Shown here one piece after another: positions 12,101 through 24,527 of a stretch of DNA of 64,000 bases; within the stretch, counting starts at the first letter, position 1; every line of letters starts with the position of its first letter. A model generated the notes under the pieces. The model did not search any database. It worked only from the letters and a program-made list of their open reading frames with translations, and was not told the origin of the DNA. This stretch comes from Raillietiella orientalis (Eukaryota): the NCBI GenBank assembly GCA_036172245.1, contig JAYWIR010000001.1, positions 9,052,001-9,116,000 of the forward strand, given 5' to 3'. Made by a program: the position numbers and the translations under genes.

Positions 12101-15100
12101 TGGGCGCACGACGAGTCCAAGTCGGGAAGCGCGGAGGTGCTCGATAGCTAAGGAGAGCTGCCAACCCCCTCTCGCAGGCTCCCGAAGTGTCGTTCCAGTC
12201 TCGCGCGTGCGCCCGTCTAGCTGCAGTTGCCGTGCGTCCGTTCCTCTGTTCCTGACCGGAAGCCTCCCGCCGTGGCCGCAGAAATCCCATCTGGGGACTC
12301 CTGGGAACTGCAGCAGGATCTCCCGCCTCGTCTCAGTGCGCCTAGGCCTCTCCGAGCCAGACGGACGCTTCCGGCTCCGTTATAGCGCAGATCCACAGAA
12401 TGGGAGTTCGGATCCTGCCCGCTTTTCCGGACGTCTCGACCTGAGTGTCACGGTGCGGCTTCGTTCCCCGGAAGCGTCCGGGACCCGGGGACCCGTGGAG
12501 CGATTTGGCAATTTCCTGAGGATTCCGGAAATGACCCAAAGCGATGGCGCCATCTCCAGGAAAAGCACGGAGGTTCTTCTCCCTTCTCATTCCTTCCAGG
12601 AGGTTATCCGACAGGAAGTCCGCCTTCCTCCTCGTGTTTTCTCCCAGTGCGCTGGGGGGATCCCGAGCTGTTTGGCTTCCGCAGACCTCCTGTGGCGCTT
12701 GGAGGAGAGGAGGGACCTTCCTCTTCTTCCCCTTCTGCTCTGCAGCTCTTGCTGCGCTGTCGCGGAGTTCCGTCGCGCCCTGCGCGGAACAACGGCGCCC
12801 GGCGGCTTCACGGCCCCTTTTCCCGGTCCGAGGCGCTACTTCTTGTCCGGATTTTCCCGAGGTCCGACAAACGGTAGGGTGGTTTTTTTTTTAGTGCAAC
12901 ACAACAACAACAACAACAACCAAGACGACGACGGCAAGCATGATCCACGCAAAGTCCTCGGCGTGCGCGGCATCGCTCGAGGCATTTCACCTCGCACTGA
13001 GCATCGTCACCCCGTCGTTCCCTTTCCACAGTGAGAGGAGGTGGAAGGTGAGGAGGGGAGAAAGGAGTGTGGGTGTCTCACATCTGGACGGTCGGATTTC
13101 CTCGCTCCCGGGCATTGCTAACCGTCCCGCTCGGAACGTACCTGCAGGCGGGGACTACCCTGCAGCTTCGGATTCCCGTTTCTTGCTCGATCAGTCCCGA
13201 CAGGATGCCCATTGCAGCGACAGCGCTCTTTCGTCTTTCGCCGCTTAGCTCTTCCCATCGCGGACGCTCGTGACAGAGATAGCGGCGTAGCGGTCCCGAC
13301 CATGGGATCGCGTCCGGGGACGTTTCCATCCCCTTCAAGCAATCCTAGCCAGGATCTCCCTCTTTCGGGGTCTTTCCCTGCAGGCCTGCCATCACCTTGG
13401 AGGTGCGTTCTCGTTCTGGTGGAGTGTCCCGATTAAGGCTGAGCACGTGGAGCTGGGTTTCCCGGTCTCCGCGCGAATTTTCGTCCGCTGCGCTGCCTGT
13501 CCGGCGCTTCACTCAGGATGTCTCCGCGGTAGAACACGAAGAGATCGTCCTGAGCCATCCGGTGGCAGATCGCTGTCCCCGTGCGGCTTCTTCTCCGACC
13601 GCGCTCGCAGGCCTCACTCTGCGGCAGTCGTGGCGGCTGGCAGCCGTGGGAGGACATCGACTCGTTTCCTTGTCTACAGCAGCACCCAGGGCTCCCAGGC
13701 AGCCTCCAGTTCAAGCACCGATCGGGTCCAACGGTGCTTGAACGGTGCTCCACCCCAATCTCCTTGCTGCGAGGTACCATCTTCGGTTAGTGGATCCTCA
13801 AAGGTGCCTACTTCCCTTTCCTCGCAGGATCGACGCCTGCCCGATTGAGTGCTTTGTCCAGGATCGCCGCCGACATCGGGACTCTCGGGTCTCCCTCAAC
13901 ATCCTCGAGAAGGCTCTGTGCGCCGCAAATGGTTGCCTGTCCCGACCCTCGGCGAGTTTCCAGGATTCGTCTTGCAGCGACTTCATCCCAGTCCCGTCCT
14001 CCGGCTCCGCTTTTGTCTGGAGCCACCAGCTCCCGCCACCTCGAACAGCTTGGCCGGATGGGTCCTAGCGGTGGGGCTAGAGTTCTACTCGGAGCAGTCG
14101 AGGCATGGAACGTACGCGACCGAGGGTCTCCCGTCATGCATTCGATGCGCGCAGCCCGCCAGCGCGGGGAAACAAGAAGAGGAGGCAGTAGGGAGAACTG
14201 CAGCAGTGATGTTCGGATTGCGGGATGACCGACCACACCAACCAGCTGCCTGTGGTTTCTCCGTCTGTCCCCCGGAAGGCGAAAGAAGCACCGAGGATGT
14301 CCGGTTTGGTCTTTTGGGATGGAAAACAACAAATCCGGGGATCCCCACCAGCACCGTGATTTCTAGAGGTCCACGTTTCAGCATATGTGCCAATGGGGTA
14401 AAGTGACCAGCCGGTGAAGGGGACTTTCCGCCGGGGCGGTTGGAGTTTGTCTTCTTTGCGTCCACCGTGCCGAATCGGGGCGTGGCTCACTGAGGCGTCA
14501 CCATGCGTCCTCGCAAGAGATCCAGCCTCCAATGCCCACCTCCTGCACACATCGCCAAGTCTGGCGGCCCTTTCCGGTCGCACGCTGGGTGACATCTCGA
14601 CGCAACGGACAGACTTGGGGTGCTTGGAGATCGTGGCACAGAAAAGTGGTCCTTCAGCCTTCTGCACACAGGCTAAAGAACAAACACCACCGTACCGTAA
14701 CGCACAACCACAGCACTCAGGCAGTTCACCGTCTCAGGTGTGCCACCCTCTCCGGGTACGTCAGGCTGCAAAGATCCCACTCCTCCCGAGAGAGATCGTT
14801 TCCTTTGCCAATCATCACCTGGGCGCGCATACAGAGAGGGGATGCATACAGATGGCAACGCAGCTCTTGCTCTTCTTGACTGCTTGCGCGACGCCTAGAA
14901 ATGCGGAGCTAGTTCGTTCTGGAAACAGGGTCAACGAGGTGCATCTGCCTTTAGGTATCAGCGTGCTACTCTTGATGAACCCTTCGCTTCTCTCCTGCTT
15001 GATTGTTGCCAATCCTGGGAAGTCTCCAGCATTCCAGGTTTTCCCAACTCATGGATCCACTTTTATCGTTTCTCATCCATTCCTTCGGCCAACTGGAGCG

Positions 15101-18100
15101 TGGCTCACGGAGGAGGGGGAGCCATAACGTGAGTGCGATTCAGGGATCCAGGAATTATAGGGAGGAATTTCCGTTTCCTCCTCGGTCCAAAAGAAAGCTG
15201 CGGGAGAGAAAGGAACGCAATCCTGAGTCCCGCACCCTCCTGGGGAAATTCGAGCGGGAAGTTTCCCATTGTTTTTTTCTTCCCAATGTCCTTCGAGCCC
15301 ATTTCGGGAACTTCTTCCGGCTTGGAAGTCTTTCCTGTTGACCGGGGCGGGGCTCGAGCTGGCCCGGAGCAGTGGCTCCTCTGGCTCAACTTTCGCTTCT
15401 CCTCTTCAAGGCTCCGGCCCTTCTTCTTCCTGCTCCTATCCAATTCGCTTTCCTCTCCTGAATCCCGTCCTCCCCAAGGTTTCAGAATCCAGAGACCCCG
15501 TCTGAACACACAATCGATAGTGCTGTCCGCTGTGACGTTTTTAGATTTTCAGGAACTGCAAACGCAACCAAGGAGGTCTTCTGTGAAGCGAAGGGTTCTT
15601 GCTGGGAGCGGTCTCTAGGACTCGGACTGGTTCCCCGGTCGCTGTCACTCGCAGTCGATCCATCGCCGTCTTCCTCGCTCTTCACCAGTCGGGACTGATT
15701 CACCCAACAAGCCTAAAAAAGATCCCGCCTCCGGGGCGGCGCCTCCGCTCTTGGTGACTGCACGCGCCAAAAGCTGCAGGCAGAGCGAGGAAGAGGTACA
15801 GCGGCGAAGAGCTGCATCGATGGGAAGAGGGAAGAAGAGAGGTGGTGGTGATGCTGTTGCTGAAAGGATCTGGCCCCCGCTCTGAGATGGTGGCAACAGC
15901 GCCCCAAGGAGAAAGCGCTCCTTCGCCTCCTGGACCTTGCAGCATCTGACCAACACAATCGATCGCGTCTCGTGCGCACTTGGAATACCGCGAGAACACA
16001 TGTACACGCACACGTACACAAATGAAACACACAAGGTGGGTTCCGGTCATCCGGGTCACCGGTTCGCGGAGCGGCCGCTTCGCCGGGACGCATCTTCCTG
16101 ACACAACGAAACCGCAGCCCTCCGGGAGGCCGCGATTTTTTTCGTGTTCCTTCGTGACGTCACGCCATGCCGTTGGGGAGAAAGAATGCCCTCCCTCGCC
16201 AATGGGGGCGAGAGGAGCTCTGGCGACATTTGAAAAAGCGACTGCTGGAGCGGAGCGTGGGGACGCGACGGAAAGCAGAGGGAGTTCCGCTTCCCGAGCG
16301 TCGCAGCACAGAGAAACATCCACCAGGCGAAGGTTTCTCCCAGCATCCCTGGTGCGGACGGCAACCGCAGGAAAAAAGTCGCAAGATGCGGCTGAACTCC
16401 GAAGGGTGGTGCCGGACCGCAGCCTCGGAGAGATCGAGGCAAGCCCGCTGGGATCCGCGTGTCTCCTACGGCCGACGTAGCTACTGGAGACGAGGCGTTG
16501 CTACCAGCGACGAGGGTAGTCAAGCAGCTGCGCAAGCAGTGCCGTTCGTCGCCAGCGGCGGGCGAGCGGCGAGACCACAGCGCACCGCGCCGCTCCCCGA
16601 GGCTTCGAGTGCGCAGGGTCGGAGGAGCCAGAGACATCCAGAGCGAGCGGGAGGCCATCCCGTAGCATCGGGAGCTTCTGGCGCTGCAGAGGCAACGAGG
16701 TACGGCCAGGACGCGATCGTCGAGGGCGTCCCGCGGGAAAACTCGGAAACTTCGGGAGCGGCGAAGGTGGCGCCTTCGAACTCGGGCGAGCGAGCGCGCA
16801 GGACTGCGAGGATGTGGATTGCTGGACCAGTCTGTGCAGCAAGGCAGAGGAGGTGCCGCCCTCTGTCCACTTGCAGCCGACCCAGAGAAAGCACTCGACC
16901 GTCCCTGACCACCAGGGACGGACGGTCGCTCCCCGGGCATGCGCGCGTTCTCAGGCAGGGCGTTGCCGCTGATGACGAGATGAAACGGAAGCGCATTAGC
17001 GTGCTCAGCCCTCCTTTCTTCCGGAATTCGCCGGAGCACGTCGTCGGGTGCGCCCCCGGGGGTGCTGCTAGGGAAACCGTCGGGACGGATGGGAATTGTC
17101 CGTCCCGTTTCTGGAATGCACCGATGCGGCAGCGGGAACGGCACACCAGGCGAAAGGCGCGACAGCGGGCAAGGCGGGCTCTCTCCTTCCGAACAGGACA
17201 CTCCGACGGCCCCGAGCAGCGGAACCGCGCCGCTCCCCTGTTCGGCGGACCGGGACGCCACACGACTCTGCGGGTCTGCTGGGCGGATGCGTTTCGACGC
17301 GCCCAGGGGTCGGATCCGACTCCCGAGGTGTCCCTCTGAGGATCGCTGCAACCGTCTCCGTGGTCTCGGCAAACCTGGAACTTCCCGGCGGGGGTCGGAA
17401 TCCCGGACAAAGGCCTTCACTCTGCGCGCTTTCTCCGAGCGACCCTGTTCAGCTGCCGCTTCCCGTCTGAACGTGGAGACGGCTGCCTCCCGGGCTCGCA
17501 GCAAGCGTATCGCCCGAACCACAACCACCGACCGCTTCCGTGGACGCTCGCCCTCTGCTCGCTTGGCCCTCGGCAGAATGTGGCGGCGCGCTCCGATCGC
17601 CACCGTGCGGTTCGCGGCAGCTGCAGCGGCGTTGCCGTCAAAGCGCGGAGCATCGAGCGCGGCGGAGGCTTGCGGTGCGCGGGCATCACCACGATAGATT
17701 TCGACAGTTTCGTTCTTCCGATTAGGATTTCGCTATAGCAACCATATACTGCATCGAGAATACAAAATGATGACCGTCAAAGTGATCTACCAGACAGTTC
17801 GGAGGGTGGATGTTTTCATCTTGCGTTCTCTCGTATTCGAATCCTGCAATAAGTTTCTTGAGTACCCCTCCTTCTTCCATTGAACACTTCCGCATCTCTT
17901 CGCCCTCCAAGAAGTTTCAGCCACTTTTCTGTTGTCCTCCAGGAGGAACTTGGTCTTTTCTTGCACTGCTGTTTTTGCAGCATCCCACCCAAGGTTCAGC
18001 CTTTTCGCCTCCCGTCGTCTTTCGCCGTCTCTCTTCGTCTCTTTCGCCCGTTCGTCGGTGTCTGCGTCCTGGTCCACGCTCCCCTGCCTCTCCTCGCAGT
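9150..18100 (-). mobile_element. Highly decayed BEL/Pao-like LTR retrotransposon internal region, expanded by later insertions
   Basis: Degenerate motifs occur in BEL order on the minus strand: gag-like LIAGF..DEN..LVDHF (~17850), Cys/His knuckle remnant after LTYPERVAHL (~14750), protease-like EITVLVG (~14350), RNase H SGACERGLAALLSYR and LLDLWMAL..PVRKW (~12170-11900), integrase FTFLPP..(~9750), AINSPSL, GFWKQ..RW..RYLHHF (~9250). No LTRs were identified. Confidence 0.5.
12897..12923. repeat. (CAA)n microsatellite
   Basis: Direct read. Confidence 0.9.
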
Positions 18101-19446
18101 ACATGGGCGGCCACGTGAATGCCGGCTCCTGCGCTTCCAGCTGAAGTTCAGATGTGTGGCGCTGATCACAGAGAACGGCGTTCCTTAGGAAGGAGGAATG
18201 GTCTCCTCTTCTGAAATTCCCACGCGTTCTTCACCTCCTGCAGGAGACTGTCAGAACTGGGTAGCGTTTGAGCTTCGAGGCCGTTGGTCTTCGTTGGGGT
18301 TGGCTCGCTAAGTATTCATGAACTGCTGCTTCACTCCGCAGGGCCATTGGAGTCGCTCGACAGTGCCGCCACGTGGGGACTCGCACGGCCACGTAGCCGC
18401 CCAAGGAGCACTCTAAGCAGAAAAAGGTCATCCTGAAGGGAACACTTCCAATTCCCGGCTCCTAGCCGACGGGGCATCGGGCTGCGGGCTCATCTTGCCG
18501 ATAAGCACCCGAAGTCGGAGCCGTCCTAGCGATATCAATCCGAGACTCGAAAGCCGCGACTCGACCACCTGAGCGTGGATTCTTACGGGGGTATTCGAGC
18601 TCGCACCGCCAGGCGCCGCGCCGTGGCCACGCGGGCGCAGCTCGGTGCAGTTCGGCTCGAGAGGTTGCTTTGCAGCTCCAAGAAAGGAGCGGAGGATCCG
18701 TCCTTTCTGCTACTCTTTTGGGGAGAAAGGCGGTGTGGCACCTCCGAAGTTTTTCTCCTGATCACGCCGGGGAGTTTATTTTATAAAAAAAAATCAGTCG
18801 GGAACACGCTGGCTGCCAACCGAAGACAAAAGAAGTTCGATGGGAGGATACACGCAGGTGGGGATATCCAAAAGTTCGGAATGGAAGAGGGGAAGAAAGA
18901 CAACACAGAAAGTGAGCAAATCCGGGAAATGGGACAAGGGTCTTTGGGTTTGCTTCGTATAAGCAGGGATCATTGTATGAAAGCCAAGAAAGTTACGGAG
19001 AGAAAGAAAGTGCGGGATGAGAAAACAAAATAGATAAAGGGAGGCAAGGAACAAGGGTCACTGGTTTCTGCCATTTCTTCGTTTCAAAACCGGTGCTGGA
19101 TGCCGGACATCTCCTTCACTTCCATGTGAGACCATCTTGCAATCGTCCTCATGTAGGCGGCTGCCATGCTTGCGAGGGAACGCAAATTCTTAGAAGGCAG
19201 CCCTCAGAAGTTCGCTCCACCGAAGGAGTTCCATCGCTACGGTACACCAGGGTCATCATCCACCAACACGCGCGTCTTCCAGCCGCCCAGGAGTTTCGTC
19301 CTTCCCGCGATGGTTCAGGAAAACTCCCACCGGTAGGCCACTGTCGTCTCTTTCCCTGAGGGCAGACAGTGCTGCGTCATAGGGTGTGGCAGCCAGGGTC
19401 GACTGCTTTGCCGTGTCCTGCATCAACACTTCCAAGGGTCTCGGTT

Positions 19447-22400
19447 TATCACCTGGATTTTCCGGGGCATTTGTTATAAAAATTATAAAAGTGCATTGAA
19501 ATTGGTCATGTGATGAAACACTTGGTTCACTACGATCGTCCAACTTGTCATCCTCCGGCACAGATGCCGATGAGGTCCGCTCAAGCAGCAAAGAGGGAGG
19601 GAAGGACACAAAAAAAAGAAAAAAAAAGGGCATTGCGGGGGGGATTGTTTCTTGGGGAAGGGATCACAAAACTCCGGGAGATGTCCTTTGCACCCTATCC
19701 AGGATCCTGGCAAGTGGTGATCTTGTGTTACCCAGGTGTGGGGCACCATTTTGATGTGGTCTTTAAAAAGATCTGTGCCCAGTAGATGGCATCCCTGCCA
19801 TTCTGGCCTCTTCCTGTCGCGTTCCAGGCTGCCACGATTCCGCAGATGCGACAGAGAACTGCTAGGGATGCGGCAGAGCAACACGCACGAAGAGGCGCCA
19901 AAAAATGCCCCGGGGACCGCCCTCCGGGATTTCTAAGATCATCTTTAGACGATCCTAAAGGGGTCGGACGGTGGCACAGCCCAGCAGAAGTGCGGGAAAG
20001 TGTCTTACTCGCCTCATCTTTCACAACGGGCATCCACATTCCCCTGTGTCCAATGATGGAGGCGCGCTTCACATGAGATTCCCCAAGGCAACACCAGCGG
20101 CTCTAACTACTGCCACTTGAGGGGAAGGGGTTCCCCACTGTTTCAGCACTCTGGGGACTGGCTAAGTCACGTCCCCCGGAGGTACTGCGTAGCAGCTCGC
20201 CCCAGAGTAACAGTCCTTTCGGCAGCACATTCGGGGTCGCAGAGTCCGTGACCTGCCGAGTTGTCCATGCACCCACAATTTTCTTTCTTGCTGCAGTGCA
20301 CCAGGACACTTCGCACCTTACTGGATAATCTCTCTCCCTTGCTCCCCTTAGACAGGGCAGCACTGGAGCAAGGGGAGTAAACGGAGTCCACAGCATCCAA
20401 AGGCCCAAAGGTCGTGGTAAGAAGTGTCTTGCAGGGGAATGGTACCCCGAGAGCAATCCTTGGAGTGCAGCCCAGGATTCAACAGCCTCTCACCTGCCAA
20501 GCATCGTTTCCGGAGTTTCCGAAGCGAAGGATGTTGCGGTGCCAACCTCACTGGCGGCGGGTTGACCGAGTTGATGATCCCTGGAGCGGAGTCATGCCAC
20601 CAGTCGAAACGGATTCAAGGATTCGAGAGCAGGCAGTGCGCGTGACAGAAGAGCCATGGACCATGGGGGAAGGTGCGTAAGACGGAAACTTGGCTGCGGC
20701 TTCAATAAAATTCGTGAGGGCGCGTACGCGCGCGTTTTTTTAATCCCCCCCCCCCCTTCTCAAAACGAATCTTCGTCTTCCAACTCGCTGCTGGGGAAAT
20801 TTTCAATGCAGGAAGAGGGGGATCCGGGATATGGGAATAAGGACAGAGTGACTGAACGCGACCTCTTCCTGTTTCCCCGTTGGGATGAAACTTCGATTTC
20901 TTCCTTCCTCCTCCATCTTCCTAGAAGTTTCGTTCTCCCCCCTCCCCTATTTCTCATGACGACGGCTCCGAGAGTTCAGCTCGCTTTCCCCAATGCCTGT
21001 TTTCTGGTCAACCGCTATCTTATCTCGAAGATTCGGAAAATCTGGGAATTTTCTTGTAGGTTCACAAAATCGCCTCTTTGCTGGTGCCCTCTTTGTTCCC
21101 CCTTCTAGACTTCCATCAATCTTCCCATCGGTCCATCCTCCTCTCCGTCCATGTGCCTGTGTATTTATCCATCTCGGACCGGAGGCGGCGCAAGAGGAAC
21201 CTTTCGCTTTCTTTCCTCTTCCGCTTGTGCCGGCTGGGCGTTTCCTTTTTCTTTAGGACTGCTGGAAGGAATCGCAGCGAAAGCGCCTCTCGGCTCCTTG
21301 GTTGACCTTGGAGAAGCGGAGGGCGATCGGGAGAGGCGAAGAATGCAGGAAAGCGCACTCGCCACTCACGGAAAAACTCGTGACGGGAGATGCAGATTCC
21401 GGATGCAGTTTCCAAGCAGGGAGGTCGGTCGAACTTTCTTTTCCGGAGGCGCGTCTGAAGACGCGACGCAGGGTGCTCTTAGGGAAGTGCTGTGTCATCC
21501 GTTCTAAGCGGCGGTGCAGGCTCCTACGAAACGCCCAAGGCAAATGCCATGAGCTCGCAGGTCGCCGCTGGTCCACGGCATCGTAGTCGGCGGAATCTCT
21601 CGGGATTTTAAAACATCCTGGTCTGTGGAGCCAGCCCATATCTGATACCCCGAGGGGGAGTGCATCCGGTCCGCTGATCCGATGCCGCCTTGCCTTGCCT
21701 CCAAGGTCGCTCAAGATGGAACAGGAGGGAAAGGAGTCCCTCCTCCCTCCTGACCATCACCTACTTCTCCTTGGAGATGATCCCACCTTTAGAGATCGTC
21801 GTCAGGTCCGCGCAGCTTCTCGTGCAGGAAGGACTCAGCGCGTGCGAGGGAGTCAGTCGTCTTGACCGTCCGTCCGCGCGTGGGGCACCTCGCCCGCATT
21901 CCGACGGACCGCTCGGCGGCGGGAGTTCTGTTTGGCCCGCTTTCGCCGCGATCCCATGGCGGCGGTTTCTGCGAAGGCTCCGAGCGACCCGTGGATTGTC
22001 GGGCCGGACGCAGCGGCTGCCTCCGCGTCAAGTTATCGGGCGGGGAGAGGACGGAGGGATGCGCGACGCCACCCCCTCGCCCGCCGCTTCTCCTTTCCCT
22101 TATCTTGTTTGTCTGTTGCCATGGTTTCACATCCGGGGTTATCGCAACTCAGATAAGGTTTATCAGGCTGAATCGAGCCCCGCCGGACGCGCTCTCAGAC
22201 TCCCTCTCCAGCCGCCTCGTTCCTGCCGGACCACCAACGAATGGGGACTCAGGGTACTCTCCCCCGGGAAGCTGGAGGAGGTTCGGGTGCGAAGGCGGCC
22301 CTATGATGACAGCGACTCGAAGAGATGCAAGCGTGCGAGGTCCGAGCACACGTTCCGCTCTCGCGTCGGGACCGTCTGCATGGGCTGTTGGGTCAAAAAA

Positions 22401-22750
22401 AAGGTGCCGCTGTCCCTTCTCTCTCCTGTCGATTTCCGGCTGGTGCGAAGGCGGTCCTTTGCCGGAGGAGGACCACAGGAACGCAACGGAAGATTCCTGT
22501 GGTTGGCTGGCTCAATCGTCAGCCACACTCAGGTTGCATCCCGCCTTCCGGAGGCGGCTGGCGATTATGCTTGACCTCATTCGTCGTCGCAGCAGGTTCA
22601 TCCCAGCTTTCGCTCCGCTTCCTCAGGCAATCCGGGCAGTCTCCGTAAAAGAGTCTGAAAACGACTCTCGGGCAGCTAGCATTTCCAATTCGGGTGACCC
22701 CCCAGCCTCAGGCGGTCTATTAGGAATACCGTGGAAGCGTAACGTCTACT
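19447..22750 (-). mobile_element. Decayed LINE of the same L1/Tx1-like family (3'UTR and C-terminus 19447-20600; probable RT remnants 21100-22750)
   Basis: AASLAVLCRICGIVAAWNATGRGQNGRDAIYWAQIF is homologous to the other copies, and the 3' end ACAAATGCCCCGG…GGTG is shared. Upstream, degraded RT-like motifs occur in order (…EGLLSLLFHL, DSADYDAV, DKYTG); this part is less certain. Confidence 0.55.
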
Positions 22751-23074
22751 TGAACACCGCATCCCTCCCCTCTCACACGCCTGACCGCAGCGGCGAGCGT
22801 GGACAGAGGGGAGCAGCTGGCAACAGCGAGCACTCGTTGATCCTCCTCGAGCGAGGCGTCGTCAGAGGCAGGGAGAAGGAAGGGACCACACCACTCCGCG
22901 CAATACTTCAGGAGATCGAAGGCCTCCGGAACGCAGGCAGGGACGAGACTCCTTCTCTAGGCTTGCACGGAGCGCCTGGACTTTTCACACGGCCGAAGGT
23001 GGCCCGCCCTATTAGGAACAGCGTCATGCGGACACAATCGCGCAACAAGGAACGAGACACCTCGAGAGATAAGC

Positions 23075-23175
23075 AGATAGATAGGTGTATGCATAGGTGT
23101 GTAGGCGGATGCATAAGTGTGTAGCTATATGCATAGGTGGGTGAGTGTATGCATAGCTGAGTGGGCGGATGTGTG
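23075..23175. repeat. Degenerate GTGTATGCATAG minisatellite
   Basis: Several TGCATAGGTG-like units. Confidence 0.7.
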
Positions 23176-23261
23176 TGGACTCCTGAAGTCATAGTCATAG
23201 TCGTGTCCGAAGGTCCACCTGCGGGGAGCCACCCCCCGAAAGCTCCAGGGGCCTGGAAGGA

Positions 23262-23317
23262 GGTTCCACAGAGCCCTTCTGACTCCTTCTAGGAGGGCAG
23301 AAGGGCTCTGTGGAACC
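23262..23317. repeat. Hairpin with 20-bp perfect stem plus inner 5-bp stem
   Basis: GGTTCCACAGAGCCCTTCTG…CAGAAGGGCTCTGTGGAACC; imperfect pairing extends to ~23227/23342. Confidence 0.9.
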
Positions 23318-24479
23318 CTCATCTCCCAGAGGGGCTGTGGCTAATCTGCGATTCCCCGAGCACAAAGGTATCTGGGTGGTTGCGTGACGCCCTACTCATG
23401 ACAGTTTCAGATTTTAGGGTCTGGGAAGGGACTCTGGTGGCTCTATCCTTTGAGAGAGGAAACGATGGGATGCAGAAAGGAGGTGACGCCACCATTATGG
23501 CAGATGAGTTTGCCATCCGTCTGTCTACCAGAGAGATGCCGCCTGGAGGCGTTGTCTCTCTCAGAGCAGCGTCGCGCCTGTTAGTTGACGCCTCTGCAGA
23601 GGGTAGAGGCGGCCTGAAGAATCCTGCAGGACTTCATGGAAGGCTTGGAAGGCGAAAGGAAGTCCAATCTTGCAGCAGGGGAGGCGGTCACTTCAGCTCG
23701 ATGTGGACGCCTTCCGGACGGAGTCTTCGTGCTCCGTCTCTCGGCGATGCCGCTCATAGACCGGTTCCCTCATGGTTCCGTTGCCAGAGTGACCGGCCGC
23801 GCAGCAGCATCCAAGGTCTGAACTCTGGCTAGCAGGCGAATGCCCTCAAGCGAGGTTCATCATCCGATCTCTCCGGAACGTTTGTTGGAAACAAACTCGG
23901 GTTCCCAAAGGAAGAGATGTGTTCAAGGAAGAGAGTGTTCGTCCACCGACAAGCCACTCGGCCACTCCAGAAGTCTGGAACGAAGAGGAGGAGACTACGA
24001 GTGAATAGAAAACACAGGAGAGCAGGGAGAGGGGTCGCACCCGTTCCCTCCCGAAAACAGGGCAAAGTCCGGAACAGGATAAGAAATACAAAAATTACGG
24101 GAGGGCAGTCAGGGTGAGGTCGAAGCCGCCTGGCACGCAGTGCAGCACAGGCTTTGTGGCGACGTTCCCATAGGGGTGCGTGCCAGTGCGAGGTTCTGAC
24201 CCACTACTCCCTCACCGTCTTCCTCCTGGGGTCCCGAGAGAGGCTGAATTCGTGAAGAGGTTTCGTCGTCAGACGACCTGGAACCTGGTTTTCCTTGGAT
24301 ACCGTGGGAGGCAGGAAGCGAATCACCGTTGTCGGGTTGTTCGAGGCAAGCGAAAATCTGATGTGCGTGTGTGTGGGGGGGAGCTCCCTTCCTGGAGGTC
24401 GGAATCATTCTTGATGGAAAGGGAGATCATCTGGGAGCTTCCGATGATTCGGGTGCAACTTCAGCCGCAGGCAGCGATG

Positions 24480-24527
24480 CTCTGCCTGAGCAACGCCAAA
24501 TAGGCTCTGCCTGAGCAACGCCAAATC
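24480..24527. repeat. Tandem duplication of GCTCTGCCTGAGCAACGCCAAAT
   Basis: Two identical copies separated by 2 nt. Confidence 0.9.

Noticed and set aside
16056-17697. Long ORFs of 515/390/296 aa, and similar ones at 4316-5281, 6907-7995, 21862-23124 and 37590-38966
   Set aside because: They are Arg/Pro/Ser/Gly-rich, open in several frames at once and lack recognisable domains, as expected in very GC-rich DNA.
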